In this document: positions 1-11,223 of the stretch, piece by piece
Numbering within the stretch: the first letter of the stretch is position 1
Layout of the letters: the number at the start of each line of letters is the position of its first letter
DNA from: an uncultured Bacteroidales bacterium
Lineage (GTDB): Bacteria; Bacteroidota; Bacteroidia; Bacteroidales; VadinHA17
Direction of reading: 5' to 3'
DNA length: 64,000 bases
Assembly (NCBI GenBank): GCA_963757935.1
Contig: CAVWSZ010000005.1
Coordinates: 138,342 to 202,341 of the forward strand
Program-made: the position numbers and the translations under genes
The notes under the pieces: generated by a model
What the model saw: only the letters and a program-made list of their open reading frames with translations
Told to the model about the DNA's origin: nothing
Databases searched by the model: none

Positions 1-563
1 TCACAATCAATAAGGGCAGAGGCTATGTTCCTGCAGAGGAAAATCAGCCTGCCGAAGCAGAATTCGGTGTGATAGCCGTAGACTCGATCTTCACACCCAT
101 CAGGAATGTGAAGTATGCAATTGAAAACTACAGGGTTGAACAGAAAACCGACTATGAGAAGCTTGTGATAGAGATAACCACTGACGGTTCAATACATCCG
201 AAAGACGCCCTCAAGGAAGCAGCCAAGATTCTCATATATCATTTCATGCTTTTCTCTGAGGATAAGATAACCATCGATTACGAGGATAAGATGGCAAATG
301 AGGAATTCGACGAAGAGATCCTTCATATGCGCCAGCTACTCAAAACCAAACTTGTTGACCTTGACCTTTCAGTCAGAGCCCTTAACTGCCTCAAGGCAGC
401 AGAGGTCGAATCACTGGGTGACCTTGTCAAATTCAATAAGAATGACCTCCTTAAGTTCCGCAACTTCGGCAAGAAGTCGCTCACCGAACTTGATGAGCTG
501 CTTGAGACAATGAGCCTTTCATTCGGAATGGATGTGGCAAAATATAAACTGGATAAAGATTAA
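1..563 (+). CDS. rpoA: DNA-directed RNA polymerase subunit alpha, C-terminal part (5' end outside window; frame starts at nt 3)
   Basis: The frame is open from nt 3 ([14 protein letters not shown]...) into track ORF 69..563. Alpha-CTD motif [21 protein letters not shown]...[12 protein letters not shown] is present. rplQ follows, as in the conserved operon. Confidence 0.93.
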   Translation, partial: TINKGRGYVPAEENQPAEAEFGVIAVDSIFTPIRNVKYAIENYRVEQKTDYEKLVIEITTDGSIHPKDALKEAAKILIYHFMLFSEDKITIDYEDKMANEEFDEEILHMRQLLKTKLVDLDLSVRALNCLKAAEVESLGDLVKFNKNDLLKFRNFGKKSLTELDELLETMSLSFGMDVAKYKLDKD

Positions 564-585
564 TAACAGGTAAGGATAGATAGAA

Positions 586-1089
586 ATGCGACATTTAAGA
601 GTTATAAATCACCTGGGAAGGAAAAGCGCAGACAGAAAGGCAATGATGGCCAATATGGCATCATCACTCATACTTCACAAGCGTATAACCACCACTAACG
701 CCAAGGCGCGTGCGCTGCGCACATATGTCGAGCCGCTGATTACCAAATCAAAGGAAGACTCGACCCATTCGCGCAGAGTTGTTTTCAGCTATCTTGCAAA
801 CAAGGAAGCTGTTTCAGAACTGTTCAGGGAAGTGGCTCCCAAAATCACTGACCGTCCCGGCGGCTATACCCGCATACTTAAACTGGGAAACCGTCTTGGT
901 GATGCAGCTGAAATGTGTCTTATTGAGCTCGTCGACTTCAATGAGAACATGCTTGCAGCGGATGCAACAAAGGCAAAAGCAACACGCCGCCGCCGCAGCC
1001 CGAAGAAGAAAACTGAAGAGGCTGTGACTGCTGTTAAGGAAACAGCTGCACCGAAGAAAGAAGATTCTGCTGATTCGAAAGATGAATAA
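586..1089 (+). CDS. rplQ: 50S ribosomal protein L17 with K/E-rich C-terminal tail
   Basis: 167 aa with an L17-like N-terminus ([40 protein letters not shown]). It lies directly after rpoA. Confidence 0.93.
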   Translation: MRHLRVINHLGRKSADRKAMMANMASSLILHKRITTTNAKARALRTYVEPLITKSKEDSTHSRRVVFSYLANKEAVSELFREVAPKITDRPGGYTRILKLGNRLGDAAEMCLIELVDFNENMLAADATKAKATRRRRSPKKKTEEAVTAVKETAAPKKEDSADSKDE

Positions 1090-1110
1090 CATTTTACAGT
1101 GAAATATTAA

Positions 1111-1146
1111 AGGGATACAGTCCGGGTGACTATATCCCTTTTTTTG
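1111..1146 (+). terminator. Intrinsic terminator after rplQ
   Basis: Stem agggata (1111-1117) pairs with tatccct (1133-1139), followed by a T-run at 1139-1146. Confidence 0.6.
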
Positions 1147-1169
1147 TATATTGCATATTGATAAATTAA

Positions 1170-2456
<1,287 letters not shown>

Positions 2457-2482
2457 GAACATACTGCTAACGCAAGCATCAG

Positions 2483-2512
2483 GAGGCCCCGCAATACCGG
2501 GGCCTCTTTTTT
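2483..2512 (+). terminator. Intrinsic terminator after eno
   Basis: Stem gaggccccg (2483-2491), loop caatac, stem cggggcctc (2498-2506), then TTTTTT. Confidence 0.75.
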
Positions 2513-2554
2513 ATACTCACCCGGCAGGCTGCTTTTTGCCATAACAGAAATGCT

Positions 2555-2562
2555 TATCTTTG
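2555..2562 (+). promoter_or_regulatory. Bacteroidota -7 promoter box (TAnnTTTG)
   Basis: TATCTTTG lies 18 nt upstream of the ATG at 2580. Confidence 0.45.
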
Positions 2563-2579
2563 TATAAATCTACTATTCG

Positions 2580-4457
2580 ATGACATTTTCCGGCCTTTCA
2601 GACTATATCAGCCATCTTGATTCATGCGGTGATCTCTGCCGTGTTAAATGCCGCGTTGATACTGACCTTGAGATGACCGAGATAGCTGACCGTATGGTTA
2701 AGTCAGGGGGTAAGGCGCTTCTGTTCGAAGATACAGGTTCAAAGTTCCCTCTCCTGATTAACTTTCTTGCCTCTGACAGCCGCATGACAGCAGCCCTCGG
2801 ACGTTTCTCCCCTGAGGATGCTAGTAATGAGATCCTTTCACTTTTTGACGCCATCAGCGGCGATAAGAACCTCCTGAGTAAAATAAGCCAGCTGCCGCGC
2901 CTGCTCAGGCTGCTTAAACTGACTCCCAGGAAAAAGAGAGGCAGGGGCTTATGCCAGGAAGTTGTAATCGGCAAGCCTGACCTTTCAATACTGCCCGTGA
3001 TGAAATGCTGGCCGCATGACGGAGGAAAATTCATCACCCTGCCTCTTGTCCATACGAAACACCCTGAATCCGGAAAGCCAAACCTGGGAATGTACAGGAT
3101 GCAGATTATGGGTCCTGACCTCACCGGAATGCACTGGCACAGGCACAAGACGGGTGCCCGCCACTTCCAGGCCTGGAAGGAGACGGGAAAGAGGATGCCG
3201 GTCACGGTTACCCTGGGTGGCGACCCTGTATATACTTACTCCGCTACGGCACCGATGCCCGAAAACATCGATGAGTACCTGCTGGCAGGATTCCTGCGCG
3301 GCCGCAGAGTGGATATGGTAAAATGCATTACCAATGATCTCTGGATACCTGCTGATTCTGACATTGTTATCGAAGGATATGTAGACCCTTCTGAAGAACT
3401 GCTGCTGGAAGGACCATTCGGTGACCATACCGGTTTCTATTCGCTTGCCGATTACTACCCGGGTTTTCACGTAACCTGCATCACCCACCGCAAAAATGCA
3501 GTTTATCCTTCCACAATCGTTGGGGTTCCGCCCATGGAAGACGCCTGGATAGGCAGAGCGACAGAAAAGATTTTCCTTGCCCCGCTTAAACTTGCGATCA
3601 CACCGGAGATAACGGATCTTCATATGCCGGTGTCAGGTGTGGCCCATAACCTTGTGCTTGTGAGCATTGATAAAACTTACCCCGGCCAGGGAATGAAAGT
3701 TCTCAATGCACTCTTCGGCGCAGGACAGATGATGTTCAGCAAATACATTGTCGTTCTTAACAGCGGGGTGCCGCTTCATGACTACGGGAAAGTGGCTGAA
3801 GCTATCTTTGAAAATGTCAGGTTTGGAACCGATCTGATGGTGACACGGGGCCCGCTGGATGTACTTGACCACTCGTCAGACACATTCAGCATGGGCGGCA
3901 AAATGGGATTAGACGCCACGGTGAAGCTGAACGAGGAAAAAAATCCGGAATTCAGCGCTGTTCCGCTGCGGCTGGTAGCTGTGGAGGGCATACGAAACGA
4001 GGTTGTCACAGCGATAAAGACCCTCTCAGATCTGGCTCTCCCGGTTGTAATAATTACAGTCAGAAAGCCCGCTGAAGGTTTCGATATGAAAGAGCTAGTG
4101 TCATCACTTCCGGGACCGATACAGAATGACGGCATCATTTCCGTCGCTGTTGATGACGGAACTGATACGAGTGATCTCGGCATGATAGTATGGCTTGTCA
4201 CCGGTAACAGTGATCCCGCACGGGATATCTATAAGCCTGCCGGCGGAGGACTGTTCATCGATGCCACGTCGAAATCGGGATCTCTGCCTTCCTTCCCCAG
4301 GGAGTGGCCAAATGTCGTATGTTCTGACATTGAGACAATAGAAAAGGTCGACCGCCGGTGGAGTGAGTACAATGCAGGTGAATTCATAAAATCACCCTCC
4401 CTGAAACTTTTTCCACTTGTACAGCCGGGCGGTGCCGCGGTGAAAAAGCTTAAATGA
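2580..4457 (+). CDS. UbiD-family (menaquinone-type) decarboxylase, long form
   Basis: 625 aa with a UbiD-like core: KCWPHDGGKFITLPLVHTKHPESGKPNLGMYRMQI, EGPFGDHTGFY, TIVGVPPMEDAWIG. Confidence 0.82.
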   Translation: MTFSGLSDYISHLDSCGDLCRVKCRVDTDLEMTEIADRMVKSGGKALLFEDTGSKFPLLINFLASDSRMTAALGRFSPEDASNEILSLFDAISGDKNLLSKISQLPRLLRLLKLTPRKKRGRGLCQEVVIGKPDLSILPVMKCWPHDGGKFITLPLVHTKHPESGKPNLGMYRMQIMGPDLTGMHWHRHKTGARHFQAWKETGKRMPVTVTLGGDPVYTYSATAPMPENIDEYLLAGFLRGRRVDMVKCITNDLWIPADSDIVIEGYVDPSEELLLEGPFGDHTGFYSLADYYPGFHVTCITHRKNAVYPSTIVGVPPMEDAWIGRATEKIFLAPLKLAITPEITDLHMPVSGVAHNLVLVSIDKTYPGQGMKVLNALFGAGQMMFSKYIVVLNSGVPLHDYGKVAEAIFENVRFGTDLMVTRGPLDVLDHSSDTFSMGGKMGLDATVKLNEEKNPEFSAVPLRLVAVEGIRNEVVTAIKTLSDLALPVVIITVRKPAEGFDMKELVSSLPGPIQNDGIISVAVDDGTDTSDLGMIVWLVTGNSDPARDIYKPAGGGLFIDATSKSGSLPSFPREWPNVVCSDIETIEKVDRRWSEYNAGEFIKSPSLKLFPLVQPGGAAVKKLK

Positions 4458-4464
4458 TTATGAC

Positions 4465-5397
4465 GTGAACAGCATTGTCATTAATTATCTGATAGCCGCC
4501 TTTGTTGTTGCTGCGCTGGTCTACCTGGCCATCCTGCAGTTCTGGGTGCTGTTGCGTACCAAAAAGCATCTCACGGAGATGAAGTCGGCATATTCGGAGA
4601 TCAATGATCAGCGGGAAGAGCTTCAGGTAAAAAACAAGGACATCACAGACAGCCTGAACTATGCAAGAAGGATACAGGCGGCACTGTTGCCTGCCGAGCA
4701 TTACATAAGACGCATTTTTCCCAATTTTTTTATTTTTTACAAGCCCAAGCACATAGTCAGCGGCGACTTCTACTGGGTGAGCCAGCGCAGCGGCAAGTAC
4801 TTTATTGCAGCTGCAGACTGCACAGGTCACGGGGTTCCCGGCGCACTCATGTCGATGATCGGACTTGAACTGATACAGAAGATCATCAATGAAATGAAAG
4901 TAGAGACAAGTGACAGCATACTTATGACCCTTAACCGCGAGCTGGAGTCATCATTTTATAAGGAGGAGGACGGCAGGGCTCTTATCAAGGACGGTATCGA
5001 GATGAGTATATGTGTCATTAACCGCGAGTCCAGGGAAATGCAGTTCTCAGGTGCTTTTCTCCCGGTTTATATTGTACGTAACGACAAACTGATCGAGATC
5101 AAGGGTGATAAGATAAACGTCGGGCAGACTTATGTAAACGGTGTTTCATTCAATAAGAGCACCTTTACCCTCGAGAGAGGAGACATCCTTTATCTCTTCT
5201 CGGACGGTTATGCCGATCAGTTCGGCGGGCCTGAAAACAAGAAGTTCATGTATCGCAGGCTGAGACATATTCTGCTGACAATAAGTAAATACCCCCTGCC
5301 AGATCAGGAACGTATTCTCGATGAGACTATAACATCATGGATGGAAGGGTGTGAGCAGATCGACGACATGATGGTAATGGGTTTCAGGCCTTTCTGA
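4465..5397 (+). CDS. Membrane-anchored PP2C/SpoIIE-family serine phosphatase
   Basis: GTG start. N-terminal TM helix, then ARRIQAALLP, VSGDFYW, DCTGHGVPGALMS and SDGYADQFGG, typical of SpoIIE/RsbU-type phosphatases. Confidence 0.8.
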   Translation: MNSIVINYLIAAFVVAALVYLAILQFWVLLRTKKHLTEMKSAYSEINDQREELQVKNKDITDSLNYARRIQAALLPAEHYIRRIFPNFFIFYKPKHIVSGDFYWVSQRSGKYFIAAADCTGHGVPGALMSMIGLELIQKIINEMKVETSDSILMTLNRELESSFYKEEDGRALIKDGIEMSICVINRESREMQFSGAFLPVYIVRNDKLIEIKGDKINVGQTYVNGVSFNKSTFTLERGDILYLFSDGYADQFGGPENKKFMYRRLRHILLTISKYPLPDQERILDETITSWMEGCEQIDDMMVMGFRPF

Positions 5398-5399
5398 AA

Positions 5400-6731
5400 C
5401 TAAAGCAGGGCGCTTATCTTTTCAATCAGGAGGTCCGGCTCTATGGGCTTGCTGATATAATCATCCATCCCCACAGCAAGACATTGCTCCCTGTCACCCA
5501 GCATTGCATTGGCCGTGATTGCAATTATGGGGGTATGCATATGTGTGCTGGTCTCCAGAGCCCTTATCTTTTCCGCTGAGACAAGCCCGTTCATTACAGG
5601 CATCTGGATATCCATGAGTATCAGATCATATCTCGAGGTGCCGAACATGTCAAGAGCTTCCTTACCATTTCGTGCTATTTCTATCCTTTTTACAAGGGGC
5701 TCCAGCATCAGCTGTGTAATGCGCTGATTGATAGGATTATCCTCAACAAGCAGGATGCTGACGTCCTTCATTTCCTTCTTTCCCGTCTCCTTGCTGATGC
5801 CCTTTATGAGCGTACTTGCTGCCTCGGGCCGCTCTACTTTCCTGTTTTTCTGCGACCTGACAGTGAAGACAAAGAATGAGCCGGAGCCTGTCGAGCTCTC
5901 CTGCCAGGTTCCGCCGGCACCGGTAATAAGTTTGGAGGCAAGATTGTAGGGTTGCCTTCCCTCACCGATAAAAACAACAGGGTGGTTGGTCGAAAGGGTG
6001 AATTCAATCAGATGTATTTCTTCGCGCTCCGGAGTTTCACGGGCCTCGATTTTCAGGGTCAGGTTGCCTGTTGCCGCTGAAATGGCTGTGCTCAGCAGGT
6101 CTATCAGTATCTGTTTTATTATGATCGGATTGCCCCTTAATTCTGTTGCGCCCTCTCCCTTATCGTCATAAAAGATCATGCTGTGCTCATGACGTCGGTT
6201 CATTTTCAGAAGCTCAATCGTATCCCGGATAATCGGTCCAAGTCTGAACATGATGTCACTGCGCGACTCAAAGGTGGCGTTGCCGGCGGTCTCCATTGTA
6301 AGCTCATTAACAACTTCAACCATTGAATCCGTGGAGGCCACGAAGGTCTCGATGAGTTCCTGCTGTTTACCCGGCGCGGTTGAATCACGAAGCATACCGC
6401 TGAGTAATACCAGGTTGTTCAGCGGCTCCCTGATCTTGTGTGAAAAACTGTTTATGACCTCCTCGTGCCTCTCGGCAATGAATGCCAGTTCTCTCATTAT
6501 GGCCCTCGTTTCCGCAATCAGACTCCTGAGCTCGATAATGGAAATAAACAGGGCGATTATTGTAATGATACCCGCTATTACCGGCAGTAGAATCATTCCC
6601 GCAACAGCCGCAGCAACAGAAATAATTGCAAAGAGTGATGCAAGGGCAACAGGCATAAGGATACGTTTTCTTATCCTCCTTGTCATCAGTTCAGATTGCG
6701 GTGTGGCACCGCTTTTGGATTTCCTGGGCAT
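5400..6731 (-). CDS. Membrane hybrid sensor protein: HisKA-like domain, degenerate ATPase-like region, C-terminal receiver
   Basis: Two N-terminal TM helices, H-box SFSHKIREPLNNL, and a receiver with ILLVEDNPINQ, DLILMDIQMP and YISKP. The region where N/G1/G2 boxes are expected reads IDLLSTAI ... GAGGTW. Confidence 0.72.
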   Translation of the reverse strand: MPRKSKSGATPQSELMTRRIRKRILMPVALASLFAIISVAAAVAGMILLPVIAGIITIIALFISIIELRSLIAETRAIMRELAFIAERHEEVINSFSHKIREPLNNLVLLSGMLRDSTAPGKQQELIETFVASTDSMVEVVNELTMETAGNATFESRSDIMFRLGPIIRDTIELLKMNRRHEHSMIFYDDKGEGATELRGNPIIIKQILIDLLSTAISAATGNLTLKIEARETPEREEIHLIEFTLSTNHPVVFIGEGRQPYNLASKLITGAGGTWQESSTGSGSFFVFTVRSQKNRKVERPEAASTLIKGISKETGKKEMKDVSILLVEDNPINQRITQLMLEPLVKRIEIARNGKEALDMFGTSRYDLILMDIQMPVMNGLVSAEKIRALETSTHMHTPIIAITANAMLGDREQCLAVGMDDYISKPIEPDLLIEKISALL

Positions 6732-6821
6732 TTTGCAGGTACAGTAGAAAATAACTCACTCAAATATACATGAAATTCAATAAAGAAAGAGACCGTATGG
6801 GGGAGCTTCGGCTTAAAAGAT

Positions 6822-6829
6822 TATTTTTG
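6822..6829 (+). promoter_or_regulatory. Bacteroidota -7 promoter box
   Basis: TATTTTTG lies upstream of the 6873 start. Confidence 0.4.
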
Positions 6830-6872
6830 CCTTACGGTATAATATTTGATGATGTTTTTGAAAACGAGAGAT

Positions 6873-7619
6873 ATGAAAACGGCCGCACTGACCCTTATCC
6901 TGGGTTTCATTACCCTTGGCACTGCTTCAGGTCAGAAGCCTGATACGCTTGTGCAGTACACTCCCGACTTCAAATTCAGAGACGGAATCTACCTCAACTT
7001 CGATATGGTCCGCGCCAACAGTCCGATACCAAAAGCCAAACTTCTGACATCAGTGGACTATAACGACAAGGATTTTTTCGCCCAGATCCTTTCCGGCGAC
7101 AAAATCTATTTCTATGACAACATGGGAGTAAGGCAGGAAATTGACAAGAGTACAATCTGGGGATTTGCCCGAAACGGTGTCCTCTACAGGAAAGTACAGG
7201 AAAACTACAACAGGATCACTTTTTTTGGCAGCATCATTCACTTCGTGGCAGACGTTACAAGAAGTGACCCCGGCTATAATCCTTACGGATATTATGATCC
7301 TTATTATTCACCATACCGCTCTTCCTATTATTCGCCGTACTACTCGCCATACTATTCCCCTTACAATTCACCTTATTCCTACGGAAACCCTTACAGGTCA
7401 TCAGGTTCCAGGACTGATCTGCAGATGTATATGATAGATTTTGAGACGGGCAAGGACTATGAATACGACCTCAAGAACCTTGAGGTGCTGCTCATGAAAG
7501 ATCCTGAACTTTACGAGGAGTTTGTCTCGATGAGGAACAAGAACCAGAAGAAAATGATGTTCGTTTACCTCCGGAAATTCAATGAAAAACATCCTGTTTT
7601 TATGCCTTCAGGCAAATAA
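6873..7619 (+). CDS. Secreted hypothetical protein with internal Tyr/Ser/Pro-rich repeat
   Basis: Track ORF 6846..7619. The start at 6873 gives signal peptide MKTAALTLILGFITLGTASGQ. Low-complexity block: GYNPYGYYDPYYSPYRSSYYSPYYSPYYSPYNSPYSYGNPY. Confidence 0.6.
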   Translation: MKTAALTLILGFITLGTASGQKPDTLVQYTPDFKFRDGIYLNFDMVRANSPIPKAKLLTSVDYNDKDFFAQILSGDKIYFYDNMGVRQEIDKSTIWGFARNGVLYRKVQENYNRITFFGSIIHFVADVTRSDPGYNPYGYYDPYYSPYRSSYYSPYYSPYYSPYNSPYSYGNPYRSSGSRTDLQMYMIDFETGKDYEYDLKNLEVLLMKDPELYEEFVSMRNKNQKKMMFVYLRKFNEKHPVFMPSGK

Positions 7620-7626
7620 TCACTGT

Positions 7627-8478
7627 ATGAAAAAAGCTTCCCTTGCCGTTTTAATGGTTCTTGCTACTGTCGCCCTCTCAGCGCAGGTAAGGCCTTATCC
7701 CACACTGGATGACGCTAAGAAATTTTTTGCTTCCACCACGTGCATTGTTGTTGAAGACAACCCCTTTTCATTTTATAATGCCGAACTGAAGACTGCGGTT
7801 GAAAAATACTGGAAGGTGACACCCTACAGGTTCATTACAGTCAATGAATTCAACGTGATGCGAACTGATCCGGCATATTCATTCATTGTTCTGACAATCA
7901 CTAACTTCAGTAACGACAAATCGGGATCAGCATATGATTTTCTGAATTTGCTTCTCGGGGCCGATGTGGACAACCTTGATGAATTACCGGAATTCTGTGC
8001 AATACCCCTCTCCTTTGCCGGAGCCGACGAAGGTGAATACAGTTACAAGATGGGTCTCATCGTAAGGTTTATGCAGTATCATGCCGACCTTGTGACAAAG
8101 AATCCGACCCTTTCAGCCCTCAGGTATCTTAAATACTATAACAAAAATGTGCCTGAGATAGGTAAAAAGACAATACTGGTCAGGATTGAAGACCTGGCAC
8201 CTGAGATTGACACTGAGGAAAAAATCAAGGCATATTACCCTTACGGTGTTAAGATTGTGGATGAGGATGCGATTATCAGCGCAGTAGAAAACAGGGAAAA
8301 GGACGTCCTGATATTCCATAAGGTAGGTCCTGACGGATCAAAGCAGACCGGTACATGCCTGAAGATGCTTATCGGTACTGATGATGCAGTAATGTATTAC
8401 CATGATATACATATGGTTGACAGTAAGAATGCCAACGGTATGCTTATTAGTGACCTGAAGAGAATAGCACGGTTCTGA
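7627..8478 (+). CDS. Secreted hypothetical protein
   Basis: Track ORF 7582..8478. The ATG at 7627 gives signal peptide MKKASLAVLMVLATVALSAQ. I recognise no family. Confidence 0.6.
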   Translation: MKKASLAVLMVLATVALSAQVRPYPTLDDAKKFFASTTCIVVEDNPFSFYNAELKTAVEKYWKVTPYRFITVNEFNVMRTDPAYSFIVLTITNFSNDKSGSAYDFLNLLLGADVDNLDELPEFCAIPLSFAGADEGEYSYKMGLIVRFMQYHADLVTKNPTLSALRYLKYYNKNVPEIGKKTILVRIEDLAPEIDTEEKIKAYYPYGVKIVDEDAIISAVENREKDVLIFHKVGPDGSKQTGTCLKMLIGTDDAVMYYHDIHMVDSKNANGMLISDLKRIARF

Positions 8479-8522
8479 TAAGCAGCATTTCAGTAATTAT
8501 TTCGTCTTTAAACAAAAAAGCT

Positions 8523-8879
8523 ATGGAAGAGATAAAATCATACACACAGTCGGAGCGAGACTGGGCAATGTTCTGTCACCTGTCGGCCTTTGCCGGGTAT
8601 TTTTTCCCCTTCGGAGGCATTATCGGTCCGATGGTTTGCTGGATATCGCGCAAGCAGGAGTCGGCCTGGGTTGACATCAACGGAAAGGCATCTCTCAACT
8701 TCCAGCTCTCGATGCTGATGTACATTGTGCTTGCAATACCTCTATGCTTCATACTTATCGGTTTTCCTATAATATTGTTCCTGATCATCCTCAAACTGGT
8801 CTGCATAGTTGTGGCTTCCATAAGATCAGCCAGGGGTGAGGTTTTCAAATATCCGCTTTCAATACCGTTCCTGCAATAA
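8523..8879 (+). CDS. Small integral membrane protein, DUF4870-like
   Basis: 118 aa with ERDWAMFCHLSAFAGYFFPFGGIIGPMVCWI followed by two more TM helices. The family call is from memory. Confidence 0.6.
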   Translation: MEEIKSYTQSERDWAMFCHLSAFAGYFFPFGGIIGPMVCWISRKQESAWVDINGKASLNFQLSMLMYIVLAIPLCFILIGFPIILFLIILKLVCIVVASIRSARGEVFKYPLSIPFLQ

Positions 8880-8902
8880 TCTGCCATAGGTTAATAACAT
8901 AA

Positions 8903-8936
8903 GGGCTGCCACCAACGTGACAGCCTCTTTTTTTTT
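8903..8936 (+). terminator. Weak intrinsic terminator
   Basis: Short stem ggctg/cagcc followed by a 9-T run (8928-8936). Confidence 0.4.
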
Positions 8937-8943
8937 ATTTTTG
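8936..8943 (+). promoter_or_regulatory. Bacteroidota -7 promoter box for hisS
   Basis: TATTTTTG lies 19 nt upstream of the ATG at 8962. Confidence 0.45.
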
Positions 8944-8961
8944 TCCCATAATCAGGAAAGA

Positions 8962-10383
8962 ATGTCTCAGAAACCGTCTGTTCCCAAGGGCACACGCGAC
9001 TTCTCCCCCGAGGAGATGCTCCGGCGAAACTATATTTTTGACACTGTCAGAAGGAACTTCTCCCTTTACGGCTATCTGCCAATTGAGACACCGGCAATGG
9101 AAAACCTTTCCACACTGCTTGGTAAATACGGTGAGGAAGGTGACAAGCTTCTGTTCAGAATCCTCAACTCCGGAGACTTTCTTTCAGGCGTTGACCGCTC
9201 GGTTTTAGCCACTGCTGACAGTTCTTCCCTCTCTTCCGGCATATGCGAAAAGGGTCTGAGGTATGACCTCACCGTTCCTTTCGCACGGTATGTGGTTCAG
9301 CACCGCGATGAGATCACCTTCCCCTTCAGGAGGTACCAGGTACAGCCGGTGTGGCGTGCCGACAGGCCGCAAAAGGGGAGGTACCGCGAGTTTTTTCAGT
9401 GTGATGTGGACGTGATCGGAAGTGATTCGCTGCTGAATGAACTCGAACTGGTTCAGATCATTGACCGCATCTTCAGAGACCTGAAGATTAACATTACAGT
9501 TAAGATCAACAACCGTAAAATACTCAGCGGAATAGCAGAGACAATTGGTGAAACCGGGAGGATCACTGACATCACTGTAGCCATTGACAAGCTTGACAAA
9601 ATAGGGAAGGAGGGAGTCAGGCAGGAGCTTATCCAGAAAGGGATTTCCGAACAGACTGTCTCGCGTCTTGAGCCGATTTTAGGCCTGGGTGGTTCAACAG
9701 TCACGAAGCTCAATGAGCTGGGAATAATCATGCAGTCTTCGCAGGTCGGAATGAAGGGAATAGCCGAGATGGAGGAACTATTCGGTTATCTGGCTTCAGA
9801 ATCATTGGCAGCACGTGTTGAGCTTGACCTTTCCCTGGCACGGGGTCTGAATTACTATACCGGGGCAATTATAGAGGTCAAGGCTGACGATGCAGCTATC
9901 GGAAGCATATGCGGCGGCGGAAGATATGATGACCTTACCGGAATCTTCGGCCTGCCGGGTGTATCCGGAGTAGGGGTCTCCTTCGGTGCAGACCGGATTT
10001 ATGATGTAATGTTGCAGCTGGGTCTATTCCCGGAGGCTGCGGCATCCGGAACCAAAGCCCTTGTAATCAACTTCGGCGGAAAGGAATTGTCTGAACTGGT
10101 ACAGATTACGCGCTCACTGCGTGATGCCGGGGTAAGCACTGAGCTGTACCCCGATGTCGCCAAACTTAAAAAGCAGTTCGCCTACGCTGATGCCCGCAAA
10201 ATACCCTGGGTAATAATTGCCGGAAGTGAAGAACTTGCTGCAGGTCAGGTGACAGTCAAGGAGATGCAGACGGGCGGACAGCAGAAAATTGATATTTCTG
10301 TCATTGCCGGCCTTCATGCTGGCAGAAAAAGGAGGTCAAAAAAGCTAACCCCCTTCCCCCTGATCCCTCCGCCTGCCGGCTGA
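8962..10383 (+). CDS. hisS: Histidine--tRNA ligase
   Basis: Track ORF 8917..10383. The start at 8962 gives [14 protein letters not shown]. Class II motifs [25 protein letters not shown] and GGGRYD are present. The basic/Pro-rich C-terminal tail is unusually long. Confidence 0.93.
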   Translation: MSQKPSVPKGTRDFSPEEMLRRNYIFDTVRRNFSLYGYLPIETPAMENLSTLLGKYGEEGDKLLFRILNSGDFLSGVDRSVLATADSSSLSSGICEKGLRYDLTVPFARYVVQHRDEITFPFRRYQVQPVWRADRPQKGRYREFFQCDVDVIGSDSLLNELELVQIIDRIFRDLKINITVKINNRKILSGIAETIGETGRITDITVAIDKLDKIGKEGVRQELIQKGISEQTVSRLEPILGLGGSTVTKLNELGIIMQSSQVGMKGIAEMEELFGYLASESLAARVELDLSLARGLNYYTGAIIEVKADDAAIGSICGGGRYDDLTGIFGLPGVSGVGVSFGADRIYDVMLQLGLFPEAAASGTKALVINFGGKELSELVQITRSLRDAGVSTELYPDVAKLKKQFAYADARKIPWVIIAGSEELAAGQVTVKEMQTGGQQKIDISVIAGLHAGRKRRSKKLTPFPLIPPPAG

Positions 10384-10414
10384 ATGGCGGCCTGGGGTAC
10401 TCCTCATTATCGTC

Positions 10415-10900
10415 CTATAGTTGCCTGCGGATCCCGGAATTGCCCTGCCCTGCTCCCTGCCCCTGTCTGCGCTGGTTCAACTCCCTCAGAAGCTGCTGCT
10501 TGTACTGATTCTCTGACTGAAAGAGCTTTATCATCTTTGCTGGCGGCAGTATCTTTTTTATCTCCGCATTGAAGGAAACTGTAAGATTGGCTTCGTCAGC
10601 AAAAGACTGTGCAAGCTTGTCTGCCGTTGTTGAGAGTTCCTGTTCGCTGAGGTTAGCTTCGTTCTGCATGGCATAACGCATCAGTGCCACTCTTTCCAGC
10701 TGGATCTTGCTTTTGCGAGCCGAATAGTCATTGTAAACAGGCCAGAATTTCTCGGCTTCTGCTGACGACAGACTCAGTTTCTGCGTAAAGAAAGCGATCT
10801 TGTAGGCAGTGAGTTTGTCAAGGTCTTCCTGGCCCTGTGCCTTCACTTCGAAAGCAGAGACAATCAGTAAGACAATGATTGCTGTAAATACTTTTTTCAT
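10415..10900 (-). CDS. Periplasmic Spy/CpxP-like (LTXXQ-type) protein, last gene of an ECF sigma operon
   Basis: Signal peptide MKKVFTAIIVLLIVSAFEVKAQ, helical repeats (SAEAEKFWPVYNDY) and a Gln/Gly-rich tail. Confidence 0.55.
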   Translation of the reverse strand: MKKVFTAIIVLLIVSAFEVKAQGQEDLDKLTAYKIAFFTQKLSLSSAEAEKFWPVYNDYSARKSKIQLERVALMRYAMQNEANLSEQELSTTADKLAQSFADEANLTVSFNAEIKKILPPAKMIKLFQSENQYKQQLLRELNQRRQGQGAGQGNSGIRRQL

Positions 10901-10910
10901 TTTTATATTT

Positions 10911-11216
10911 TTATAGAAGTTCGTAAATATCTGTTAGTTCCACATTTTCCAGGAGCAGGTAATCGATAATGGCTTCACTCTGAATCTCCGATTCGCTACC
11001 CTGAACCTCCGAATCACTCGCCGGCAAATCTTCCGAAACAGCCCACTCATTTTCTATTATATAAGTGTCTATCTCCCCGGTGACGAGGTCGGCATAAATC
11101 CCATCCTGAGCCTCCTGTGGGAAGCCGCCGGCATCACGTGTCACCAGCCTTACCATGCCGGCAGCAAGGATTGCGAACCCTACTATGGCGGCGGCCAGTG
11201 CAAGAAAAGGCATCAC
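10911..11216 (-). CDS. Membrane protein, probable C-terminal part of an anti-sigma-like protein
   Basis: GTG/ATG start followed directly by a TM helix (PFLALAAAIVGFAILAAGMV). The frame stays open upstream to 11258. Confidence 0.5.
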   Translation of the reverse strand: MMPFLALAAAIVGFAILAAGMVRLVTRDAGGFPQEAQDGIYADLVTGEIDTYIIENEWAVSEDLPASDSEVQGSESEIQSEAIIDYLLLENVELTDIYELL

Positions 11217-11223
11217 CCTTACC

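Noticed and set aside
10461-10490. tRNA T-loop-like string GGTTCAACTCC
   Set aside because: It lies inside a supported CDS. The upstream 60 nt has no acceptor or D-arm complementarity.
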